Source: Hyphomicrobiaceae bacterium (lineage in GTDB: Bacteria; Pseudomonadota; Alphaproteobacteria; Rhizobiales; Hyphomicrobiaceae). From it: a DNA stretch of 64,000 nt. Each line of letters begins with the position of its first letter. Position 1 is the stretch's first letter. Shown one piece after another: positions 47,018 through 56,319 of the stretch. Both the position numbers and the translations under genes were made by a program. The notes below the pieces were generated by a model, which made no database searches, was not told the DNA's origin, and saw only the letters and a list, made by a program, of their open reading frames with translations. The stretch is from contig OZ257134.1 in assembly GCA_965279065.1 (NCBI GenBank), positions 3,960,294-4,024,293 of the forward strand, in the 5' to 3' direction.

Positions 47018-49578
47018 GAGGCGTTGTCGCTGCGCTGGTGCGCGCGATGCAGCGCGTCGTCGGTCAGGTTGAAGTAGTGTCGTGCGACGGCGTCCGACAG
47101 CTCGGGCAACAGCTGCAGCTGCTCCATCAGAACTTTCTGCAGCGTCGCACGGCTCCCCTCGTTGGCCATGCGTTCCACGTCGGCCAGCCGGATCGACGTC
47201 AGCAGCGCCAGGATGACACGCCGGTCTTCCGTCAGGCTCACACCTTGTTTGCCTTCCGGCAACGTCTCCAGTTGCCGCGAGAAGGCCGCCAGCTGATAGC
47301 AGAGGCTGCGCGGGTTCGTCTCGTCCAGCAGCAGCAGGTCGAGCACCAGCGGCAGCATCGGATCCAGCCGGTAGCGCGAGCGGTAGGTGATGAAGCTGTC
47401 CGCCAGTTCCAGCAGCAGCATCAGGCTGTTCTGCTCGTCTTCGGCGTCCGGCGCGGGAATGAACAGCACCATCATCGCTTCGCTGAGATTGTAGGCCCGC
47501 TCCAGCCGCCGGCCCATGTCGAGAATCGACCAGCCGAAATTGCGCGTCATGTTCTCGTGCATCAGGCCGTTGAACGCCGAGATCGACGCCAGACCCTCGT
47601 CCAGCAGGTCCAGTACCCCACCGGGCTTTGCTGATGCCAGCGACGTGGCCCAAGGATCACCGGGCCGGAACCGGCTCAGCGTCTGGAACGCTTCCAGCGA
47701 CAGGCGGTCGCGTGCCAGGTGCGCGACCTTGTACAGCCGCTGCATCGTCCGCTGCAGCGTCCGCGATGCGCCGCTGCCGCGAATGAGCTGTGCACACAGT
47801 CCATCGTAGTCGACGCCGGCGATGCGCTTCTTGTCCACGGGAGTGGAATCTTCGTCGGTCAGCAGCACTTCCAGGCACTTGCGTGCCGCCGATGTTCCGG
47901 CATCTGGCCCGCTGTCCTCGGCAACGCGCCGCAATGCGCTGCGCAGCACGCGCATCGTCCAGTCGGACCGTTCCGCATAGCGGCCGAGCCAGAATAGATC
48001 GTCGGCCACGCGGCTCTGGATCACGCGTTGCGACCGCTGCACGCGTGCCGTCTCTAGCGCCGGCCGCCACAGGCTCACGTGATGCGCCTGTTCGGCGTCT
48101 GACAGCACCCATACGTCGCGCGTGTGCCCATCCGGCGCCGACAGCGCCACGGCGCGATCGGGGTCGATGGTCATAGCCAACCCACCCGGCATGGCGACGT
48201 AGCCTGCCTGCGTCCGCGTTACGAACAGCCGTACGGCGAAAGGTTGCGGCGTCAGGTTGCCGTGGGCATAGACCGGCGCCTTGCTGAAGCCGATCTTCTC
48301 CTCCGCCACCAGGCGCGCCCCGTGCAGCGCGATCTCGCGCTTCAGCAGTTCCCGCTCCGTCTCCGACATCGATCGCGTGTCTTGTCCCAACGCCGCCTGG
48401 CCCGGACGTCCCGTTCCCTCCTGCGCCTTGCGAATGACCAACTGGTCGAAGCGCTCGGCCACGTGCTGGCGCGACTTTTCACAACCCAGCCACCAGCGTG
48501 GCGCATCGTGCAGGTGCAGGTCCTCGCCCAGCAGATGCTTGGCGAGTTTCGGCAGATACGGTCCAAGCGCGCGGTTCTGCACCAGCGCCGAGCCGATGGC
48601 ATTGACGACGAGACCCGGCGAGCGGCGGGTCGTACGCACCAGCCCCGACGGCCCGTCATAACCCGATGGGTCGAGTTCCAGGGGATCGCTGGCACGCCCG
48701 TCGACACAGCGCACGATGAGATCGATCTCTTTGAGGCCCTCAAGCGTCTTGAGGAACACCTGCCCTCCACGCGTCCGCAGATCTGCACCCTCGACCAGCA
48801 GGTAGCCGAGGTAGCGGGCGATGTAGGCGTGCGAGAAATAGTCTTCGTGGTGCGCGCCCGGCGTCAGCAGCGCGATGCGTGCGTTGTCGCGTCCACTGTG
48901 CTGCGTCAGTGCGGCCTGCACGCTCTGGAAATAAGAGGCCAGCCGCACCGCGTTGCTGGCGTTGAACAGGTCGCCGGCCACATGCGTGTGCACCATGCGG
49001 TTCGCCAGCGCGAAGCCGGCGCCTGCCAGCGTCTCGGCATGGTTGTCGATGATGCGCCACTGTCCGTCCGCCCCGCGGGCAAGGTCGGCCGCGTAGAAGC
49101 GCAAGCCCCCCGAGTGCGGCAGCACGCCCTGGCAGGCACGTAGATACGCGCTGTCGGAAAACACGAGTTCGGGCGGCAGATGTCCGTCGCGCAACAGATG
49201 CTGGTCGCCGTAGAGGTCGTTGAGGACCGCGTCGAACAGCTCCGCCCGCTGGATCAGCGCCGCCTCCAGCCAGTGCCATTCCGCCGACGAGAAGACGATA
49301 GGCACGAGGTCCAGCTGCCACTGCTGGGACCCTAGCGTCGGATCGGCGAAAATGTCGTAGGCAATGCCGGTTTCGCGCACACGCCGGTCGAGGCGCACGG
49401 CACGGGTCGCACGATCGCTTTCCGAAAGGGCAGTCAGCTCTTTGAGAAACGGCAGCCAGTGGCGGCGCGGCGCGCCGTCTCGGTCCAGCAGTTCGTCGTA
49501 GCCGCCGGTCTGCGACAGGCGATAAGCGTTGAGCAGATCGGGTCCAGAAATCTTGCTGGACATCGCAGCAGTGGTCAT
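47014..49578 (-). CDS. Circularly permuted ATP-grasp (type 2) fused to alpha-E domain protein
   Basis: 854 aa. The N-terminal ~480 aa look like DUF404/DUF407 proteins (YDELLDRDG.PR.HW...). The C-terminal ~320 aa carry the alpha-E signature (VADDLFWLGRYAERSDWTMRVLRSAL). Confidence 0.85.
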   Translation of the reverse strand: MTTAAMSSKISGPDLLNAYRLSQTGGYDELLDRDGAPRRHWLPFLKELTALSESDRATRAVRLDRRVRETGIAYDIFADPTLGSQQWQLDLVPIVFSSAEWHWLEAALIQRAELFDAVLNDLYGDQHLLRDGHLPPELVFSDSAYLRACQGVLPHSGGLRFYAADLARGADGQWRIIDNHAETLAGAGFALANRMVHTHVAGDLFNASNAVRLASYFQSVQAALTQHSGRDNARIALLTPGAHHEDYFSHAYIARYLGYLLVEGADLRTRGGQVFLKTLEGLKEIDLIVRCVDGRASDPLELDPSGYDGPSGLVRTTRRSPGLVVNAIGSALVQNRALGPYLPKLAKHLLGEDLHLHDAPRWWLGCEKSRQHVAERFDQLVIRKAQEGTGRPGQAALGQDTRSMSETERELLKREIALHGARLVAEEKIGFSKAPVYAHGNLTPQPFAVRLFVTRTQAGYVAMPGGLAMTIDPDRAVALSAPDGHTRDVWVLSDAEQAHHVSLWRPALETARVQRSQRVIQSRVADDLFWLGRYAERSDWTMRVLRSALRRVAEDSGPDAGTSAARKCLEVLLTDEDSTPVDKKRIAGVDYDGLCAQLIRGSGASRTLQRTMQRLYKVAHLARDRLSLEAFQTLSRFRPGDPWATSLASAKPGGVLDLLDEGLASISAFNGLMHENMTRNFGWSILDMGRRLERAYNLSEAMMVLFIPAPDAEDEQNSLMLLLELADSFITYRSRYRLDPMLPLVLDLLLLDETNPRSLCYQLAAFSRQLETLPEGKQGVSLTEDRRVILALLTSIRLADVERMANEGSRATLQKVLMEQLQLLPELSDAVARHYFNLTDDALHRAHQRSDNAS

Positions 49579-49754
49579 TCCGCCGGCTTTCGCCCCCGAG
49601 TTCCCGACTTTACGCCAGCGCCCGCCCCAAGCCCTGGTTTCGTCACGCGAATCGCCCGTGACGGTGTCAAGCCACTATCGCGTCGCTGCAGGTCGTCGGC
49701 AAGCGTCTAATCCGCCACCGCTACCTGGCGATCGCACGCCAGCGCGTCAATTAA

Positions 49755-52700
49755 CTAGAACGCCCTGCGCAGGTCCAGCGTATGCGGGTAGTCCGGGTTG
49801 ATGATGGGCCGTCCCGGGTCGGACGTGCCCGGGGTATGCCCCAAAGTCTCGAAGCGGGCCAGCCGCCGTCCCTCCGCTTCATACGCGTTGATCGGGAACG
49901 TCTCGAACGAGCGGCCTCCGGGGTGCGAGACGTGATAGCGGCAGCCGGCGACGGCCCGGCCTTGCCAGGTATCGAAAATGTCGATCACCAGCGGCACGTG
50001 CACGGGAATGTTGGGATGCAGCGCCGACGGCGGCTGCCAGGCCCGGAAGCGGATGCCCGCCACGGCCTCGCCCTGCGTGCCCGTCGGCACCAGCGGCACC
50101 GCCCGTCCGTTGCACGTCACCGTTAGCCGGTCGCCGTAGAGCCCGGTCACCTTGACCTGCACGCGCTCCAGGGAGCTGTCGACATACCGCGCCGTGCCGC
50201 CCGTCGAGCTTTCCTCGCCCATGACGTGCCAGGGCTCCAAGGCCTGCCGCAACTCCAACTGCGTGTTGGAATACGCGATCGCCCCGCAGCGCGGGAAGCG
50301 GAACTCCAGATGCGGGCGGAACCATTCGGCGTCCGCTGGCAGCCCGGCTGCGTGAAGATCGTCGACGATGCTCGACAAGTCCGCCCACAGGTAGTGCGGC
50401 AGCATGAACTGGTCGTGCAGCGCCGTACCCCAGCGGATCAGCTTCTGCTTGTAGGGCTTCTCCCAGAACATGGCGATCAACGCCCGCACCAGCAGCTGTT
50501 GCGCCAGGCTCATGCGCGCGTGCGGCGGCATCTCGAACGAGCGGAATTCCACAAGACCCAAGCGGCCCGTCGGCCCGTCCGGCGAATAGAGCTTGTCGAT
50601 GCAGATTTCCGCGCGATGCGTGTTGCCCGTTACGTCGATCAGCAGGTTGCGGAACAGCCGGTCCACCAGCCAGGGCGCCACCGTGCCGTCCTTCGGATCG
50701 GGAATCTGCGACAGCGCGATCTCAAGTTCGTAGATCGACTCGAACCGTGCCTCGTCGCAGCGCGGCGCCTGGCTCGTCGGCCCGATGAACAATCCCGCGA
50801 ACATGTACGACAGCGACGGATGATTCTGCCAATAGGCAATGATCGACGCCAGCAGATCCGGCCGCCGCAGGAACGGGCTCTCCGACGGCGACATGCCGCC
50901 CAGCACGATGTGATTGCCGCCGCCCGTTCCCGTGTGCTTGCCATCCAGCATGAACTTCTCGGCGGCCAGCCCAGCAGCATGCGCGTCGTCGTAGAGCGCC
51001 GTCGTATTCGCGACGATCTCCTCCCAGCTCTCCGCTGGCTGCACGTTGACTTCGATCACTCCTGGATCCGGCGTCACCTTCAGGACTTGGAACCGTGGAT
51101 CGTAAGGCGGGCCGTACCCTTCGATGTGCACGGGCACGTGGATCGCGCGCGCCGTATCCTCCAGGCAGGTCAGCAGGGCCGCATAGTCGTCCACCGTTTC
51201 CAGTGGCGGCATGAAGATGCACAACGTGCCGTCGCGTGGTTCGACCACGAGTGCCGTCCGCACTGCTTCGATCGGCTCCTCGGATTGCGCGGCCTTTGCC
51301 GCAACCGGCTTCGTTGCGACGGCGACATCGCCATCCGCCAGCTCGTCGGGATCAGGCAACGGCGGCACGGTCGCCATGGGATCGAGTGGCTGCACGTGCG
51401 GAAAGTCTTCAGCCGCGATCGGCGGCAGTGACGCCAGCGGTAGCCGGAAGCCTGCCGGCGAGTCGCCCGGCACCAGCACCAGCTTGTCGCGCCGCAGCTG
51501 CCAGCGCTCCGTCACCCATTTCGACTTGCGGTTCTTGACGCTCGAAACCTTCAGCGGCAGCACGTACGCCGCGACATCGTTCAGGCCGCGGTCCAGAGCA
51601 CGCGCAAGGCGCGCCCGCTCGGCCTGCGTCGCAGCGTCGCCATCGTCTTCGGCGACTTCCCCCAGCGGCTGCTTCTGCTCCGTCAGCATCAGCAGCGAGG
51701 CATCCTCGTAGGCCGCGATGCCGCTGTCGGGCGCTAGCCCGAGCTGCTCGCTCAGGCCCGTCACGAAGGCATCCGCGCTTCCAATCGTAGCCTTGGTCGA
51801 AGCGCCCTCTCTTGCAATCAGCGCTGCGTCCCGCCACAGCGGCTTGCCGTCCGTGCGCCAGTAGACTGCGAACGCCCACCGCGGCAGCGGCTCACCGGGA
51901 TACCATTTGCCCTGGCCATAGTGCAGCAACCCGCCCGGCGCGAGACGCTGTTGCATCCGGCGCACCAGATCTTCCGCGAACTTGCGTTTCGTCGGCCCGA
52001 TGGCCGCAGTGTTCCACTCGTCGGCTTCCATGTCGTCCGCCGCGACAAATGTCGGCTCGCCGCCCATGCTGAGGCGAACGTCGCCAGCCGTCAGCCGCTC
52101 GTCGACGGCACGCCCGCCATCGGCGATCGCCTGCCACATGTCTTCGCTGTACGGCTTGGTGACGCGCGGCGTCTCCAGGATGCGCGTGACGCCCATCTTG
52201 AAATCGAAGGTCACATGAGCTGGCTCGTGACCGCCCGAAATCGGTGCCGCACTTTGCGGACGCGGCGTGGCTGCCAGCGGAATGTGCCCCTCACCCGCCA
52301 GCAGGCCGGATGTGGCATCGAGCCCGATCCAGCCCGCGCCCGGCACATAGACTTCCGCCCAGGCATGCAGGTCGGTGAAGTCCTGCGACGCCCCCGCCGC
52401 CGCGCCTTCGGTAATCGGCTTCACGTCAGGCTTCAGTTGGATGAGATAGCCCGAGACAAAGCGCGCCGCCATGCCCAGGTTGCGCAGGATTTGCACCAGC
52501 AGCCACGCGCTATCGCGGCATGAGCCGGACCGGTTCTGCAGCGTCACCTGCGGCGTCTGCACGCCTGGCTCCATGCGGATCAGATAACCGATGTCGCCCT
52601 GAACCATGGTGTTGAGGCCGATCAGGAAGTCGACGGTTCGACGCCCAGCCGAACGATCGACCTGCGAAAGATAGTGTGCCAGCAGCGGATCGACGGGGTC

Positions 52701-53060
52701 CGGTTTGAGGTATGGCCCCAACTCTTCCATGAGCAGTGCGTCGTATGTGAAGGGCCACGTCTCCGCGTTCTCCTCCACGAAGAAGTCGAACGGATTGATC
52801 ACCGCCATATCCGCCACGAGATCGACCGTGACTGAAAAGCGGTCCGTCGTCTCCGGCATCACCACGCGCCCGAGGAAATTGCCGAATGGGTCCTGCTGCC
52901 AGTTGAGGAAATGCGCCTTTGGCTCGATCGTCACCGAATAGCTGATGATCGGCGTGCGGCAATGCGGCGCCGGCCGCAGTCGGATGACCTGTGGCCCCAT
53001 GCCGATGCGCTTGTCATAGCTGTAGGAAGTGGCGTGAGTTAAGGCAACGTGCAGAGCCAT
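49755..53060 (-). CDS. Large transglutaminase-like protein with DUF2126 region
   Basis: 1101 aa. N-terminal Bact_transglu_N-like region (MALHVALTHATSYSYD...). TGase core (SGSCRDSAWLLV, DLHAWAEVYVPGAGWIGLDATSG). Long C-terminal DUF2126-like region. Confidence 0.88.
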   Translation of the reverse strand: MALHVALTHATSYSYDKRIGMGPQVIRLRPAPHCRTPIISYSVTIEPKAHFLNWQQDPFGNFLGRVVMPETTDRFSVTVDLVADMAVINPFDFFVEENAETWPFTYDALLMEELGPYLKPDPVDPLLAHYLSQVDRSAGRRTVDFLIGLNTMVQGDIGYLIRMEPGVQTPQVTLQNRSGSCRDSAWLLVQILRNLGMAARFVSGYLIQLKPDVKPITEGAAAGASQDFTDLHAWAEVYVPGAGWIGLDATSGLLAGEGHIPLAATPRPQSAAPISGGHEPAHVTFDFKMGVTRILETPRVTKPYSEDMWQAIADGGRAVDERLTAGDVRLSMGGEPTFVAADDMEADEWNTAAIGPTKRKFAEDLVRRMQQRLAPGGLLHYGQGKWYPGEPLPRWAFAVYWRTDGKPLWRDAALIAREGASTKATIGSADAFVTGLSEQLGLAPDSGIAAYEDASLLMLTEQKQPLGEVAEDDGDAATQAERARLARALDRGLNDVAAYVLPLKVSSVKNRKSKWVTERWQLRRDKLVLVPGDSPAGFRLPLASLPPIAAEDFPHVQPLDPMATVPPLPDPDELADGDVAVATKPVAAKAAQSEEPIEAVRTALVVEPRDGTLCIFMPPLETVDDYAALLTCLEDTARAIHVPVHIEGYGPPYDPRFQVLKVTPDPGVIEVNVQPAESWEEIVANTTALYDDAHAAGLAAEKFMLDGKHTGTGGGNHIVLGGMSPSESPFLRRPDLLASIIAYWQNHPSLSYMFAGLFIGPTSQAPRCDEARFESIYELEIALSQIPDPKDGTVAPWLVDRLFRNLLIDVTGNTHRAEICIDKLYSPDGPTGRLGLVEFRSFEMPPHARMSLAQQLLVRALIAMFWEKPYKQKLIRWGTALHDQFMLPHYLWADLSSIVDDLHAAGLPADAEWFRPHLEFRFPRCGAIAYSNTQLELRQALEPWHVMGEESSTGGTARYVDSSLERVQVKVTGLYGDRLTVTCNGRAVPLVPTGTQGEAVAGIRFRAWQPPSALHPNIPVHVPLVIDIFDTWQGRAVAGCRYHVSHPGGRSFETFPINAYEAEGRRLARFETLGHTPGTSDPGRPIINPDYPHTLDLRRAF

Positions 53061-53349
53061 GGAGACGAGACGTCCTTTCCGCCACGGTGCGCGCCCGCGG
53101 CCTCATGAACCCAAGGTAGCTTCATGCGTTATCGAGCCCGGGCCTAAGAGACAAGCATGAGCTTCAATGTTAGGCGTTGTTCGTTGCCAACACGCCTAGC
53201 GTCCAGGCACTATGCCGAAAGATCGGTACACGAATGCGAACTATTCGAGCAGGCGACGGTCCGTCCGATGGAGGAGCATGCCTGGCTAGAGGATATGCGG
53301 TTACCGCATCCCGGCGGGGCATGGCCAGTGGAGCATGGACTAGCGGCGA

Positions 53350-54390
53350 ATGAAGAACTTCTCGTGCTCCGCTTGCGGCAACAAGGTCTACTTTGAAAAC
53401 GTCGCGTGTGTGAAATGCGGCCATGCGCTCGGCTTCGACGCCTCGGTCTCCTCCATCGTCGCCTTGCAGGCCGATCCGTCTGACAGCTCTCTGTACCGCC
53501 GCATCGACGGCTCGGGTGATGGCCTGCGCTATTGCGCCAACGCGTTCTACGGCGTCTGCAACTGGCTCACCCACGACGGCGGCAGCGCCATGTGTCCGGC
53601 GTGCAGCCTCAACCGCACCATTCCCAACCTTTCCGAGTTCGGCAGCCTGCAGGCCTGGCGCGATCTGGAACGCGCCAAGAAACGGCTCGTCTATTCGCTG
53701 CTGCGTTTCGGCCTGCCGTTCGACGGCGCCGGCTCGCCGCAAGGCCCGTTGACCTTCAACTTCGTGCGCAGCGCCATGACCGGGCACCTCGACGGCGTCA
53801 TCACCATCGATATCATGGAGGCCGACGCCGTCGAGCGCGAACGCCAGCGCCAGCAGTTCGGCGAGCCTTACCGCTCACTGCTCGGTCACCTCCGTCACGA
53901 GAGCGGCCACTACTATTGGAACGTGCTGATCGCCTCCACCGGCCTGCTCGACGAGTTTCGTTCCCTGTTCGGCGACGAGCGGCCCAACTACTCCGCCGCC
54001 ATCGCTCATCACTACAACGCCGGCCCGCCGCAGGACTGGCCGTATCGTCATGTGTCCGCCTATGCCAGCGCACACGCCTGGGAAGACTGGGCGGAGACCT
54101 GGGCGCACTACCTGCACATGGTCGATACGCTCGACACCGCTGAGGCCTCCGGCATGGAGCCGCGGACCGCCGGCCTGTCATTCGGCGCGGTGTGGCCCTT
54201 CAAGACCTACGACATCTACAGCGAGGAGACCTTCGAGGCGCTGATGGAACGTTGGGTGCCGCTGACGCTCGCCATGAATGGTCTCAATCGCAGCATGGGG
54301 CACGAGGACTTCTACCCCTTCGTCATTCCCGAGCCCGCCGTCGCCAAGCTGGCCTTCGTCCACCGCGCCATCCGCGAATGCCAGTCCTGA
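53350..54390 (+). CDS. Zinc-ribbon plus putative zinc metallopeptidase
   Basis: N-terminal CSACGNKVYFENVACVKCGHALGF zinc ribbon and a central HESGH (HExxH) motif. Confidence 0.8.
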   Translation: MKNFSCSACGNKVYFENVACVKCGHALGFDASVSSIVALQADPSDSSLYRRIDGSGDGLRYCANAFYGVCNWLTHDGGSAMCPACSLNRTIPNLSEFGSLQAWRDLERAKKRLVYSLLRFGLPFDGAGSPQGPLTFNFVRSAMTGHLDGVITIDIMEADAVERERQRQQFGEPYRSLLGHLRHESGHYYWNVLIASTGLLDEFRSLFGDERPNYSAAIAHHYNAGPPQDWPYRHVSAYASAHAWEDWAETWAHYLHMVDTLDTAEASGMEPRTAGLSFGAVWPFKTYDIYSEETFEALMERWVPLTLAMNGLNRSMGHEDFYPFVIPEPAVAKLAFVHRAIRECQS

Positions 54391-54454
54391 CCACGCTCAG
54401 CCACGCTTAACCCGGCCTTTACCACGCCCGTTCATCATGAACGGATCGTAAAGC

Positions 54455-54739
54455 GTGGGGTCAGTGATGCGTTTTTTCGTTCTGGTGGTTCTGGCCGCGG
54501 GTGTCCTGTATCCCGTAGCGCGTCAACCCATGCTCCGCGCCTTCGCGTTCTGCGGCATGATGGTCCTCTATGCCGGCGCCGGCGCCGTCTGGTGGACCGA
54601 GCACGACTGCCGCTACAGCGGCCCCGGCAACGGCAATTGGAACCTCGCGGTTCTCGCCCGCTCGCCGCACGACGTCACCTGTAGTGGCGTTGAGGCTCCC
54701 GCCCGGTCCGCCTTCCTCATCACCGCGTCTTACGAATAG
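54455..54739 (+). CDS. Small hypothetical membrane protein (weak call)
   Basis: 94-aa ORF with two hydrophobic segments. No family recognised and the start is uncertain. Confidence 0.3.
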   Translation: MGSVMRFFVLVVLAAGVLYPVARQPMLRAFAFCGMMVLYAGAGAVWWTEHDCRYSGPGNGNWNLAVLARSPHDVTCSGVEAPARSAFLITASYE

Positions 54740-54830
54740 TGCTTCCGCCTGACGACCTGCCTTGCCCTCGCCCTCCGGCCGCCGTATCACGCCACCAAGA
54801 GGCGTAAGCGGAAGAAGCGACTCCGACGGC

Positions 54831-56039
54831 ATGCGGCAGATTCTCGAGCTGATCGGCAATATCCTGCGGGGCCTCGGCGCCCTGTTCTCGACCGACAAGC
54901 GCCGCCGCTACCTGGCGACGATATGGATCGACGCACCGCAGTCGCTGGTCTGGCGCATCTCGTCGCAGGCCCTGACCTCCGAACTCGATGAGGACTCCGG
55001 CCTGAAGTGGTCCGCCCGAGAGCGCGCCGACGGCTCGGGCGTCGTCGAGGTCACGGGCCAGGGCGAAGACTTCGTCATTACGCTGGCCTACCGCGTGCGC
55101 GATAGCCGCCCACCGCAGGCGCAGCTGATCGAGATCCTGCAGGAAGGTGAAAACGTCTACGCCAGCAGCGGCAGCGATTACTACATCGCCTACACGCTGC
55201 GGCCCGATGGCGACCGCACCGAGCTGACGATGTCGCATGAGCTGACGCACCGCGGTGCCCGTGGCTACTTCCTCGTGCCTTGGCTGCCGCTCGATACGGC
55301 CCGCGCCGTCAAGCGCCGCTCCGAGACGGCGGCCGGTACCGTGCAATACAACCGCGGCTTCGGCCTCGGCGCGGTCGGCACCGGCCTGCTGACGTTGGCG
55401 AGCTTCGTTCCCTGGTTCGGCCTGTCCGGCGCCGCGATCTTGATTGCGCTCATCTTCGTGCACGAGTTCGGCCATGTCGCCGCCATGCGCTCGCTCGGGT
55501 TGCCCGTGCGCGGTATCTACTTCGTACCGTTCTTCGGCGGCGTCGCCGTCGGCGCCGCCGCCCGCACCGAAGCCGAACGCGGCTACGTCTCGATCATGGG
55601 CCCCGGCCTCAGCCTAGTGACGACAGCGCTGCTGTACATGCTGGCGCTGTTGAGCGGCAGCAGCCTCCTGTGGCAGGCCGCACTGCTGAGTACGCTGCTG
55701 AACGGCTTCAATCTGCTGCCCGTCACGCCGTTGGACGGAGGCCACGTCTTCGAGGCACTGCTCTCGCGCACCGACCAGGGCGTCGTCGGCATGATCAAAC
55801 TCATGATCCTGCTGGTGGCACTGGGCGCTACGCTCTACATGGGTTGGCTGGTCCTGACCGTGCTCTTCGCGCTGGCCATTCCTGGCACCATGGCCAGCCC
55901 CGACGAGTCCAAGCGCATACCGCCGGTCACGCTCGCGGAAGGTGCTGCCCTCGGCATCGCCTACCTGGGCTCCATGGCTTTCTATGCCCTGCTCGCCCTC
56001 GCCTTGACCGGAGGCACCGTAGCCGGCACCGAATTCTGA
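54831..56039 (+). CDS. Site-2 protease (M50) family metalloprotease with N-terminal SRPBCC-like domain
   Basis: HEFGH in the TM helix (ILIALIFVHEFGHVAAMR) and a downstream NLLPVTPLDGGH motif. The N-terminal ~180 aa look soluble and START/SRPBCC-like. ATG 54831 chosen. Confidence 0.78.
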   Translation: MRQILELIGNILRGLGALFSTDKRRRYLATIWIDAPQSLVWRISSQALTSELDEDSGLKWSARERADGSGVVEVTGQGEDFVITLAYRVRDSRPPQAQLIEILQEGENVYASSGSDYYIAYTLRPDGDRTELTMSHELTHRGARGYFLVPWLPLDTARAVKRRSETAAGTVQYNRGFGLGAVGTGLLTLASFVPWFGLSGAAILIALIFVHEFGHVAAMRSLGLPVRGIYFVPFFGGVAVGAAARTEAERGYVSIMGPGLSLVTTALLYMLALLSGSSLLWQAALLSTLLNGFNLLPVTPLDGGHVFEALLSRTDQGVVGMIKLMILLVALGATLYMGWLVLTVLFALAIPGTMASPDESKRIPPVTLAEGAALGIAYLGSMAFYALLALALTGGTVAGTEF

Positions 56040-56164
56040 TGCCGCCTCACGTATCGAGCGAGGGGTCTCCGTGAACTCGCCTCCCGTCCCCTCCTGCCGG
56101 ATCGGCTGACCGCCGTCTCTCGCCGCTTGCAGGACCGCCCCGGCCCCCTTAGAACGAAGCCAGC

Positions 56165-56238
56165 GCGGGCGTAGTTCAATGGTAGAACGGCAGCTTCCCA
56201 AGCTGCATACGTGGGTTCGATTCCCATCGCCCGCTCCA
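56165..56238 (+). tRNA. tRNA-Gly (anticodon CCC), CCA encoded
   Basis: Hand-folded cloverleaf: acceptor GCGGGCG/CGCCCGC, D-arm GTTC-AATGGTA-GAAC, anticodon arm GCAGC-TTCCCAA-GCTGC, T-arm GTGGG-TTCGATT-CCCAT, discriminator T, then CCA. Confidence 0.93.
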
Positions 56239-56319
56239 ACACTTGGCCTATTTGTAAACACTTGGAGGTTCGGGAGTCGGAGAGGGGCATCAGAAGAGAT
56301 GCATTTTCCGCCTTACGCT

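Noticed and set aside
46145-47653. 502-aa version of the small transglutaminase gene
   Set aside because: The N-terminal 212 codons overlap the C-terminus of the ATP-grasp/alpha-E gene in another frame and are Arg/Ala/Gly-rich junk. The conserved MKLDVSHRTYYQYS start at 47017 overlaps the upstream stop (ATGA) and gives the normal ~290-aa length.
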